From an uncultured bacterium (lineage in GTDB: Bacteria > Margulisbacteria > WOR-1 > CAVSGV01): 64,000 bases of DNA. A model generated the notes under the pieces. That model was not told where the DNA came from. It searched no databases and saw nothing but the letters and a program-made list of their open reading frames with translations. The position numbers and the translations under genes are program-made. Positions 41,869 through 51,760 of this stretch are shown one piece after another. The stretch lies in assembly GCA_963768305.1 (NCBI GenBank), contig CAVYHE010000009.1, positions 96,001 to 160,000 of the forward strand, given 5' to 3'. How positions within the stretch are numbered: position 1 is the first letter of the stretch; each line of letters opens with the position of its first letter.

Positions 41869-44800
41869 AACTGACAGGTTCCCGTTCCCAAAGAGCGAGA
41901 ATTCTTAGGCAGTTTAATGCCATAACCGCCGCGCAACGCAATTTCCTGGGTATGAATGGAAAAATTCTCGGGAGGCATAAAGAATTGAAAAATATCCAGG
42001 CCCGCGTAGTCCTTGTCGTTCCAGTACTTGCTTACTCCAAGGTCAAAGTGGGCGTAAACATCTTTTTTATCCCCTAATTTATGGGTCACATTGTTGTACT
42101 GATCAATGAATGGTTCCCTTACTTTGTATTGAACAAGTCCCGCCCCTCCCCCGATATTTGCAGTGATGCCGCCTAAGAATGCGATGGGTTTACTCTGGGC
42201 GGCAACATGATAATCCGTGATCTTCCCGTTCGCGGAAACTCCGGCAGAGATATTGGCTCTGCTGCTGCTTCCCGACGACACGCGTTCGGCTTCATCATTG
42301 AGATAATTAGGGCAGTAGCTCTTTATGGGAAGGCCCTCTGAAGAACGCTCTTTCTCCGACACAGGCAGATCAAGAAGCAATCCGGCCTGATCGTCGTCTT
42401 TATCATCATCGCTCCATTTCCATGATTCGCCCAGGTGTATCACGGCCGCCAGATTGATATCGTCCGGCAGGGTCCTGATTATCGCGGCAACTTCTTCCGT
42501 GACATCGGCGTTCTGATTCGCTTTCAGGATATCGTAAAGGCTTTTGCCGTTCTTGTCCTGGAGCACGCTTGCAAATATTTTGCGCGCCTCGATAAAATCC
42601 TTGTTCCAGAGACGGAGCCGCCCGATATTAAGGTCTATCTCGCGGGCCAGCATTGAAACGGCTTTGGCATCCAGGAAATACGGCGAAAATTGCGCCACTT
42701 CGGCGCTTAATGTACCCTTGATCGATTCCTTTATTGATGGATTCCCGAGGTTGGAAAGAGCGGCCTTATATAGGTCCTCTTGCCTCTCGTTGGAGATAGT
42801 ATTTCCCATTTCTATCTTGAGCAGGATATTGTAGCCGAACAACCTTTTCTCTTCCGGAAGTTCTTTCAGGTCCTTCAATATTTTCCTGAAAGCGTCTTTT
42901 AAGGATATCTCTGGAATGTCCTTTGAGGACACTGCCAGAATTTCCTTTTTCGAGTACACTCCCTTAAGGTCATCTGAGGATACTCCCAGAAGTTCCAGCG
43001 CCTTGATATACTGCTCAAACGCTTTCGGGCAGTCATCTATCAATCTTTGAGGTGAATCCCCGTCATCCGATATTTCCTCGCCCTGCAGGAGCGAGTTGAA
43101 CACTATTCCCAGCCCGAAGCAAATATCCGCCTGCAGCCATCTCTCTTCTTTGCTGACAGGGGCACCTTCAAGGTATTTGAGCGCCCCTTCATAATCCTTT
43201 TTCGCGTCCGCGCATTGACCCAGCGACATGTTCACGTCCCCAATGCCCTTGCGCATCCTGGCCATCCCCAGGATCGAGCCGCCCTTGTACAGCGCTTCGG
43301 CTGTTTCAAAACATTTTTTCGCTTCCTCTTTGGTCTCCTTTAAGGCCGCGACGCAGTTAAGCAGGGCGTATCCTTTTGTTTCATTCGCCTGCGCCAGCTT
43401 CATCTTCACCTGAAGGTTGTTCGCGTTCTTTTCGTAAAATTCTTTCTTGGTAAGGCAGTTTATGGCTTTCTGTGCCTCAGCCTGAGCTTCCTTCATCAGG
43501 TGCCATTCCACGGAACCGGCTTTACCTTTCATATTGGATAATATCTCGGCGCAGAAAATATGAACGTCAGCCGCAGTGATACGGTTAAAAATGTCATTGG
43601 ATCCTTGCTCTATCACGCCATCGCAAAGCTCGGCGGCTTTGTCTATGTCGTCCTTTACGCCCGCAAAATCATTGAGCCTGGCTTCCGGGAGCCTTGCTTT
43701 GGCTTCCGCCCTGATCCTGTACACGCGGGCAACAGCGATCTTTTGCTGCGCGTTTTCAGGCACCGGTATGTCTTTATCCTTCGCCAGATCGATCGCGGCG
43801 GCGTATTCCGCCATGGCTCCTTCCGGCTTGTTACCGATCTTAAGCTGGTCCCCTATCCTTAAATGGGCGGTCATCGCATTTACTTGCGCTTCCAGAACGG
43901 CGCTCATATTGGACTTTTTCTGGTCCGCGTTTGCCTTTGCGAAAATGCTCAGAACGCTCTTATATGCATCGGTAGCACCCTGATATGCCTGCGAAGATCC
44001 TTCAATTTGGCCGGCCTCGGCCAGCTGATCGCCGTAACCCTGGCAGTTATTTGTAAGCATTATGTTCAGGAACAGGCCGAAATCATCCATCGGAACAGGT
44101 TTATCAGCGGGAACCCTATTCCTGCTCCTGCCTCTTTCCGCCGCGGGCGCGCGAACCGATGCGCGGTTTGATACCAGTGCCATCTCATCTTTAATATCAT
44201 GTATGAGCTGGGCGCGCTCACTTAGCGCATTGTTGCGGTCGTTAAGGTCGCCTTTATTGAGGTAAGCGAATATCCTTGTTTCTCTCAGTTTGAATTCAAG
44301 CTGTTTGGTATAAGGAAGATCGTTCTGCGGCAGGGCAGCGATCCCGGTCTGTACGCTTGTCAGCACATCGTCATAATTCCCCAGCGCTAGCTGGGCATAT
44401 GACATATCAAGGCATATCTCAGAAGTTAATAGCCTTGTTTCAGCGTTATCAAGTCCGGATATCACACTCATCGCAGCGGAGTAATATTTTGCGGCGTCTT
44501 CAATATTGTTGGTTTGCGCGAGGTAATTGCCTTTTGCCTTAAGGGCTTTGGCGTAATTCAGCCGGACGTCATCAAATTCGCGCGCAACCTGTGAATCAAT
44601 TTGTCCTCCGGGTATATGCTTTGCAGCTTCAAAAGCAACGTTATATTCATCACTTTTAATGATATATAAGCCCCTATAATGGTTTTCGGCATTCCCTGCA
44701 AAATTGGTTTCAGCTGTTGTCAGGTCTTTTTCCGCGTTTATATAATCTTTTAATTCCAGGCGGACCTTCCCTCTTTCCACATATGCTTTATTCAGTTCCA

Positions 44801-45953
44801 CCTGATAGTCAAATTCCCTCTGATGGCCTGCTACGGCATTTTGATGACCGGCAATGTCAGGTGATACAAGCTCCGTGATCCTTGCATTTGCTGTAGTCAA
44901 GGCATCCGCGTAATCCCCGGTTGCCTTATAAAGGTCGGTCAAAGTCCCGCGGACGCCGGAAATAGTGTAAATAATATCGAAAATGGACTTCATCGCATCT
45001 TCGAAGTCCCTGTTCGACACGCTATTAAGCCGAGTCAGCCTCTGATCCTTCAGCTTGTTCAGCGAAGTCAGCGCTTTTGTGCATAATTCGATCGCCCTTG
45101 CATTATCTCCAAGCGAGAAGAGACAAACGCCCCATTGGGCATAAATTTCCGGTATCAGGAAGAATACCCTCGTTCTGCTCGCGATATCACTCGCGGTCTT
45201 AAAACATGCCTCGGCAGCTTGTTGAGTATTTCTATCTCTCGCCGTAGCAAAAAGAGCTTCTCCTTTCCAGAGGGAAAATTGCGCATTAAGCAAGTTCCTG
45301 TAATCACTGTCAATTCTGCGAATTCGACTTAACTTAGTCGAGCCATCATCGATCAGCCTTAATACACGGTTGAAATTGTCCTCGGGATTTCTTGTGTTCT
45401 TTCTGACCAGGAGTGCGATCTCATCGTTAATGATCTTCACTTCATCTATGGAGCCTGGTGCGGAAGCTCTCCTTAAATCTTCAAGCCTGCTTACATAACC
45501 ATCTATCTCATTGTTCTTCACCGCATCATTATCGATCGATTTTTCTATGTTATGGCGCGTTATCTTGGCGCTATAAAGAACGTCGGGAGGGTTACGCCCG
45601 GTATTTTTTGTAAATTCCACGAATTTTGCATATAATCTCTCATATTCATCCCAGTCTCTTGCCGCTCCTCTTTTATCGCCTTTTTTTTCCTCCAGGCCGA
45701 TTAAAACCGATAAAGCACGTAATGGAGCTGCATAATCAAGATAATCTCCGTGTTCCAAAATATAATACAATACCTGATAAGCAGCTCTACAGGTATTTAT
45801 GGCTCCATTAATCTCATCCTTTGACGCATTAACTTTTGATAAAGTGACTGCCGGCCCATTTGTAACAATGCCTATTTCCTCCTGAAAAATGACGGCAGGA
45901 TCCATCTCTTTTCCGAGATATATCCTATGTAAATAATCAAAATCAATGTTCAT
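41865..45953 (-). CDS. Large TPR-repeat protein ending in beta-barrel strands
   Basis: Many TPR-like helices (LGDNARAIELCTKAL, TGDYADAL, LGQCADAKKDYEGAL); last ~130 aa are amphipathic beta strands. Confidence 0.75.
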   Translation of the reverse strand: MNIDFDYLHRIYLGKEMDPAVIFQEEIGIVTNGPAVTLSKVNASKDEINGAINTCRAAYQVLYYILEHGDYLDYAAPLRALSVLIGLEEKKGDKRGAARDWDEYERLYAKFVEFTKNTGRNPPDVLYSAKITRHNIEKSIDNDAVKNNEIDGYVSRLEDLRRASAPGSIDEVKIINDEIALLVRKNTRNPEDNFNRVLRLIDDGSTKLSRIRRIDSDYRNLLNAQFSLWKGEALFATARDRNTQQAAEACFKTASDIASRTRVFFLIPEIYAQWGVCLFSLGDNARAIELCTKALTSLNKLKDQRLTRLNSVSNRDFEDAMKSIFDIIYTISGVRGTLTDLYKATGDYADALTTANARITELVSPDIAGHQNAVAGHQREFDYQVELNKAYVERGKVRLELKDYINAEKDLTTAETNFAGNAENHYRGLYIIKSDEYNVAFEAAKHIPGGQIDSQVAREFDDVRLNYAKALKAKGNYLAQTNNIEDAAKYYSAAMSVISGLDNAETRLLTSEICLDMSYAQLALGNYDDVLTSVQTGIAALPQNDLPYTKQLEFKLRETRIFAYLNKGDLNDRNNALSERAQLIHDIKDEMALVSNRASVRAPAAERGRSRNRVPADKPVPMDDFGLFLNIMLTNNCQGYGDQLAEAGQIEGSSQAYQGATDAYKSVLSIFAKANADQKKSNMSAVLEAQVNAMTAHLRIGDQLKIGNKPEGAMAEYAAAIDLAKDKDIPVPENAQQKIAVARVYRIRAEAKARLPEARLNDFAGVKDDIDKAAELCDGVIEQGSNDIFNRITAADVHIFCAEILSNMKGKAGSVEWHLMKEAQAEAQKAINCLTKKEFYEKNANNLQVKMKLAQANETKGYALLNCVAALKETKEEAKKCFETAEALYKGGSILGMARMRKGIGDVNMSLGQCADAKKDYEGALKYLEGAPVSKEERWLQADICFGLGIVFNSLLQGEEISDDGDSPQRLIDDCPKAFEQYIKALELLGVSSDDLKGVYSKKEILAVSSKDIPEISLKDAFRKILKDLKELPEEKRLFGYNILLKIEMGNTISNERQEDLYKAALSNLGNPSIKESIKGTLSAEVAQFSPYFLDAKAVSMLAREIDLNIGRLRLWNKDFIEARKIFASVLQDKNGKSLYDILKANQNADVTEEVAAIIRTLPDDINLAAVIHLGESWKWSDDDKDDDQAGLLLDLPVSEKERSSEGLPIKSYCPNYLNDEAERVSSGSSSRANISAGVSANGKITDYHVAAQSKPIAFLGGITANIGGGAGLVQYKVREPFIDQYNNVTHKLGDKKDVYAHFDLGVSKYWNDKDYAGLDIFQFFMPPENFSIHTQEIALRGGYGIKLPKNSRSLGTGTCQF

Positions 45954-48856
45954 TTTTTACACCTGCCTTGTCAGTATGCTCAAGCTCAACTTCGATCAAT
46001 TTGGATATTTCGCTTTCTTTACCATCCAATTTACGGGTCCAGAAACTTCCTGCCCCATATACGTTGTAAATGGCTCGGGCCAGTTCACAGGCAAAGAACG
46101 CGAATTGGATCGGGTCGCTCATATCAAGTTCCTTCGAAAGGCGAGCTAATTTAGTGAGGCTAGCTGCTACTATCTTACCCTGAAATTTCACCGGTTTTCC
46201 CGTGGAAAGCGCGGTCGAATCTGCCCTTGCTTCACTCATTCTCTTTTTCGCTGTTTTGATACGCTCATCGGCAAATCGCGCTTTTTTCTCATTGGGTATG
46301 AGCTTATATTCGTCTTTTTCAAAATCCAGGTCTTTTTTAGCGGATTCAGTTTCTCTTTTTAGCGCGTCTTTAAAGTTATTAAAACATGAGAGCAAATCAC
46401 CGGAATCGTCATCGCTTAAACGAAAGGACCTGGATAATTGCTGATCCTGTGATACGATAGATATGGTCTCCGCCAGGGTGATCAATCCCTCGGCTTTTTT
46501 GGGCAATTCAACCTGAGCTGATGCCCCACAATATGCAAGTTTCAAAGAGTGAATTAAAGAATGAATGCTGGCCACATATTCGTTTTTCATCCCGAATTCC
46601 ACGGTCACGTTGGCGCTGTTTATCGCTCTTGCAAGGTCTTCAAAATCCGGCGTTCCATCGGACAATGACCGCGCTTGCTCAATGGGCAGCGTTCCCTGAT
46701 CCAGTTCTTGATCCTGTTCATTTTCCGCCTGGAGCGGTTCCCTTGAAACTATTTTTGAAGTAAGGCCGGCGGTTTCCTCTCCCATCGCCATAAGTTCCCT
46801 GGAAAATCCTTCAGCCAGAAGCAGCTTTTTTGGATCGATCTTTTTATTGGCTACCGCTTCCGCATACAGGACATAAGCGATATCTTTAACTACTGAATGC
46901 CTGTCCTTTATTAAGGCAGCCTGTTCTTTGTTATTTTCGGTTTCAAGATAATTATTATTGTATACATACCTTACTTTATCCTTGCATAATCCGATCTGCG
47001 CTGTTCTTACGCTTTTTTTGCCGCCAATTTTGTCAATATCCGCTATCCAGCTTGCAGCGTCATCGGCCATGCCGGAATATAGATGAGAAAGAAGGACAAG
47101 GTTCCCCGGCATCCTGATCCCCAGCAACAGTTCTTTATCTCCCCTCCACATCACGCTATTCCCGTATTCGCTCTGTTTCCCGAAGACATCGGCCATGAAG
47201 CTGCCTTTATATTTATTTATGATGTATCCTTCCGATCTTTTAAGGAAATATTCCGCGAGCCTCTGCCACGACCGGTCTTTCACTATCCCCGCCCATTCAC
47301 TATCCCCTATGTTCAATCCCCTGATGTTGTGAAGCACTGTATCTCCGCTGTTCCCTTTTTCAGCGGCTGACTTCGTCAACGCCGCCAGGTCCAGAAAGAT
47401 CGCGGACAAAAATCCGTCCTTGTATTCATGGTCAAGCGAAGCATTGGAAATATCAGCCATTAATGTGCCGTATATATTTAACGCCGAAAGCAAAGATTGC
47501 GGCGTGCTGATATCGGAGAAATGCTCGGCAAGCTTCAGTTTTGCCTCCAGATATTGATTGTTATTTACGTCGGTCCACGCCTGATCCCATCCCTTAAACC
47601 CGTTCCCTTTTATTTCCACCCATTCGCCCACGTCCCAGGGAGCGTCGATGACTTTTTTGTATGTCTGTTCTATGAGCATATCCAGGTTCTCTTTTATATC
47701 ATCTTCGGGGAGGTATTCTTTCATCCATTTCAGGTCATTGTTAAAAGCGGTGCCGTCAAATGCTCCGTTCTTATAAACGGCTGACCTTAATTTTCGGTAA
47801 TCTTCCGCCAGCAGAGATGCAGTTAAAGGATACTTTGCGTTCTTATGCCCTTTTTCCTGTTGTAAAATGGACGACCTGCGATGCTGGATATTCTTAAGGA
47901 TATCTTCCAGCTGCCTGCGTCCGCTGGGAGCGATAGCTTTCGGTGGCTGGCTCCTGGGAATTACCCAATCGCGGTCGCTTTTCTTGTTGAACCAGACAAC
48001 GGCCGAGATCCCCATCTCCGAAGCCGAAGATCTTGCTTCATCCAGCCATGATTGTTTGTCGGGAGCAGTGGTCGCGCATTCGGTGACCATTACTTTCTTG
48101 CCGCCGATAAGGTCTTTTGCGTCTTCGGCTGCCTGGCCGAACAGGTCCTTGAATGACCGGTTGCCGCCGAAATCAAATCCATGCAATCCGATAACGCTCA
48201 CATATTCTTTACCCGGAAAGTAATCCTTCCAACCTGACCATCTCACATCAGGAGCAAAAACGAATTTAACGTTTTTAGCCCCGGCGGCATTGAACTTTTG
48301 CACAATGTGCCGGAAAGCCTCTATATATGCTCTCTTGTTCCCTCCGTTAAGATGCCCGCCCCAGGGATATGTTTTATTATTCGGTTCGTGCATAAGCTCA
48401 ACGTAGATCGGAAATCCCCATTTTTTTGCCTCATTCGCCCATTTTTCTATGTAAACGTCAAAGTCGCCCCTGTTTATCTGATCCAAAAGGTATTCATCTG
48501 TCTTCCTTGAAAAATGCCACGGCTCCCACGCGATAAGCGGGATGGCGCCGTGTTCTTTTACCGCGTCGCAAAAAACCTTGGGGAATGGTTGCAATTCCTC
48601 CCTGAAATTGGAGCCCCAGGCCGAATATCCTTTTATGATCGTCAGGTTGTTATGCGTGTGCTCTTCAAATCGTTTGCTGGCGGTTTCAATGACGCTTTTA
48701 TCGTCTTCCTCGGAGATCACGTCCGCGACATACGCCCCGACAGGGACATTTTTCGTTCCTCGATCCATTTGTCCGCCCGCTGCCGGAGCTTCCGTACTGG
48801 CCGATAGCCGCCGGCAGGACCGAGCTTAAATATATGCCGTTATTGAACATTGTCAT
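45943..48856 (-). CDS. Glycoside hydrolase family 26 domain followed by a long helical region; probable start 48856 with a frameshift near 48770
   Basis: PLIAWEPW, MHEPN (acid/base Glu), YPW, AFRHIV...AKNVKFVFAP, YFPGKEYVSVIG, MVTEC (nucleophile Glu) and WFN. Confidence 0.8.
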
Positions 48857-48870
48857 GCTCCCATACATAT

Positions 48871-48898
48871 ATATCGTTAAAAACAGCCTTATATTTCA
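48871..48898 (-). promoter_or_regulatory. sigma28-like promoter P5
   Basis: TGAAA-tataaggctgttttt-AACGATAT; the TGA is also the stop codon of the upstream gene. Confidence 0.65.
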
Positions 48899-51760
48899 TG
48901 GTTGCATCCTTCTTAAAGCTTGGTCCGCCAATAATCTCCAGTTAGGATGCGCTGCTGAACTTCGCAATTCCCTGAATATTTGTTCCGCCTGAACAGGATT
49001 GGTTATCAGCTGACTATTCGCCTCAAAGAACATATCGCCTTCTATTGAAGATGTTACGTCCAGTGATTCCGTGTGCAACGCTCTGTAGCTGGGCCCGAGT
49101 CTCATCCTTCTTAAATATCTAAGGTGAGCCAACCTTAAGTCGGACGGAGTTCCTGCGTTTTGTACATCTCGAATGAATCGCTGGTCCGGCGCGGCATTGT
49201 GAACTTGATTTCTCCCGAATCTTGTGTCCCAATTCTGCTCTTTGTTGCACATTCTTATCCAATTCAGCGCGCCGATATTATTGACCGTCTGATAAGTGCC
49301 CCAGAGCATGTTCATTATTATCCCGAAATTATCTAGCACGTTATCCACGGTGGCCATTCTCATAAGGTTCGTGCCGGAGACAAGCCCCGCGACCGACAAC
49401 GCGCTTAAGCCCGCAAGGAACAAACTGTTATCCAGCGAAACGTTCCCGCCCTTGGCCAGAGCGGTTTGAACGTACCGCCCGTACTGCGGATCTTCTACAG
49501 GCATGCGTTCCAGCCCTCTTAATCCCGGGAACAGGGTCGGAAGCTTCATCCACGGGCCTTCAAAGAAAGACCACCACAAACGCCCGCGCCTGCTGCGCAG
49601 CAAGTTCTCTTTGTTGTACCCCAGCTGGTGCATGGCCGAACTGTACTGGTAAGCCGCCAAAAAGAATTGCGGAAGGAAAGCGCCGAAAACAAAATACCCC
49701 AGGTCCACCGGATAAGGTTTTATGTGGCCGCCCGAAAGCAGGAAAGCTATCGGCGAACACTGCCTTGCCAGTTCCGCGCTCGAAACGTTGTACCAGTCCG
49801 ATAAAAGGTAATCCTCATACATGCTCTTGAACGTGCTTTCCAGGGGCCTCCCGGTCAAATATTCCCTCATTTGCCTCCATATTATCGGCATCAGGACATC
49901 CGCAGCCAGCTCCATTCCAAAGTTATATCTGTAAGCTTCCTGGCCTTCTATTTTACTGAATTGATGCGGCTCGGCTTCAATGGATGTGATCTTTGGATAG
50001 TACATCAATTTGAGCCCCAGCACGAATTTCATCGCGATCTTAAGTTGTTCGTCTTCGGACACTCCGGAAAGCCAGCCCAGAAACCTGTTATAAGGCGCTA
50101 TTTTAAGGTAATACGGATGGTGCCTGAACGTTTCAAACCCTCCGGATTTTTCCAGGGCCAGGCCGACACGGAGATCCTCGCAGTTCTGAGGCAGCCCCAT
50201 GGAGATCCTTGCCATTTCCAGTAGATCCCTTTGTTTCAATTGCATTGGCGTCCCGTTCTCAATAGGATTCGGCGTTCTTTCGTCATTGGCGCCGAAACCA
50301 TGGGCTTTGCCTGCCTGTATGCTGAATGTCCTGTTTGGCACGTCCACTTCGGAATGGAGCGACTTTTTTCCCCCGTAAAATTGTATGTCCCTGAGTTGGC
50401 CGGCGACCTCCGGCTTATACGATTCTCCGACAAATTCCGCCCCGAACTGGGTCTGGCGGTGGACCACGAGCTGGAATTCGCCCTCAATTATGTCCGGCAG
50501 CCACCAATGCGTCAGTATGATCTCAATGTCCGAGTTTTTCTGCGCGCTGTTCTCTTTCAGCAACCATGCCCTTATCCCTCTCATGGTTGTTTCGGCATCT
50601 GCGTTTAATGCACCTACGGCTTCATTCTTCAGGCCGTATCCAGAGAAAAAGTCCCTTGTCCCGTCATAAGTGACCCTGACGATATTTTCCAACCCGGACC
50701 TTTTGATCTTTCCAACACGCTTGTAAACAGCTCCCTGTCCGCTCTCTATCTTGATTCTCCCTATAAGGCCAGGATCCTTCAGTTGGCGCTTTGGGATCGG
50801 TTTGGACAGGGAGAGCGGGACTTTGTAAGAGGCCCTTTCTTCCCCTCCGATTTTTTCCTTCACGACTACCGCGGAAGTCGGAACGGCGTAAAAAATCTTT
50901 CTTGCACCATTCAAAATGCGGGACCTGTGATTGAGCTTTCCGCTCCTTATCTTCTTGATGCGGGTAAGCAATAAAAGCACTTCCCCGTCATGCTTTATAA
51001 GGCGGGGTCGGAATCTATATGTCTTTTCGTACGAATCGCTCTGATAAAAGCTGTCCATGCTCCCCATGCCGTGTTTTCTGTTTTGCAGGAACCCTATATT
51101 GTTGCGGTCTGCAAAAAGGTCCGAAGATATACATCCCAGATCGTTCATGTCTTCATCTGTCAGGTGAAGCGCATAATTATTTTCCGAAACTCTTTCCACC
51201 CTTACGGTCAATTCCTGGGACCTGAGCAGATATTCGATCAATCTTGCTTTGCTGTTCTCCTTGTCTTCCTTGTAAATATTGCGGTTATCCTTCAGGTAAT
51301 ATATAAAATCAAAATTATCGCGGACCATGTCCTTTATCCTCAGGACATTGAAGGCCAATCCTCCGGTCTTTTCATCCCTCTGAACGTCTATCGTCCTTCT
51401 TGCGATATCCGGGCGTGAAAGCGCGGACGGGACATTATCAAGCAGAGTTTCAAGCGGTACTACGACAGGATCCGAATTGTCCCTGACCGCCAGGAGAAGG
51501 CCGCCTTTTTTCACCTTTTTCCACGCTTGGCCGCTATTTACCTTGTTCAAAGTCCAGTCATAAGAGCCGTTTCCCAGGTCCCTGACCTGTATCTTTTTTC
51601 CGGTTTCGATGCTCTGGATGGTCTGCTCACCGCCATTTCCGATCCATCTTGTGTTATGCGGATAGGTATGCGTGTCCACGGGAGCTAAACCGGAGACCTT
51701 GATGATCTTCCTGTTCAAAATACCCCGGCTTATCTTTGTTATATGTTCCGGCCAGAACAT
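48896..51760 (-). CDS. Divergent processive GT2 glycosyltransferase: C-terminal catalytic part plus TM helices
   Basis: In order: KIKRSGLEN (KAGxLN-like), ALNADAE (DxD-like), VHRQTQF, VSED (TED-like), EAEP...QEAYRYNFG (QxxRW-like), then several TM segments. Confidence 0.6.
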   Translation of the reverse strand: MFWPEHITKISRGILNRKIIKVSGLAPVDTHTYPHNTRWIGNGGEQTIQSIETGKKIQVRDLGNGSYDWTLNKVNSGQAWKKVKKGGLLLAVRDNSDPVVVPLETLLDNVPSALSRPDIARRTIDVQRDEKTGGLAFNVLRIKDMVRDNFDFIYYLKDNRNIYKEDKENSKARLIEYLLRSQELTVRVERVSENNYALHLTDEDMNDLGCISSDLFADRNNIGFLQNRKHGMGSMDSFYQSDSYEKTYRFRPRLIKHDGEVLLLLTRIKKIRSGKLNHRSRILNGARKIFYAVPTSAVVVKEKIGGEERASYKVPLSLSKPIPKRQLKDPGLIGRIKIESGQGAVYKRVGKIKRSGLENIVRVTYDGTRDFFSGYGLKNEAVGALNADAETTMRGIRAWLLKENSAQKNSDIEIILTHWWLPDIIEGEFQLVVHRQTQFGAEFVGESYKPEVAGQLRDIQFYGGKKSLHSEVDVPNRTFSIQAGKAHGFGANDERTPNPIENGTPMQLKQRDLLEMARISMGLPQNCEDLRVGLALEKSGGFETFRHHPYYLKIAPYNRFLGWLSGVSEDEQLKIAMKFVLGLKLMYYPKITSIEAEPHQFSKIEGQEAYRYNFGMELAADVLMPIIWRQMREYLTGRPLESTFKSMYEDYLLSDWYNVSSAELARQCSPIAFLLSGGHIKPYPVDLGYFVFGAFLPQFFLAAYQYSSAMHQLGYNKENLLRSRRGRLWWSFFEGPWMKLPTLFPGLRGLERMPVEDPQYGRYVQTALAKGGNVSLDNSLFLAGLSALSVAGLVSGTNLMRMATVDNVLDNFGIIMNMLWGTYQTVNNIGALNWIRMCNKEQNWDTRFGRNQVHNAAPDQRFIRDVQNAGTPSDLRLAHLRYLRRMRLGPSYRALHTESLDVTSSIEGDMFFEANSQLITNPVQAEQIFRELRSSAAHPNWRLLADQALRRMQP

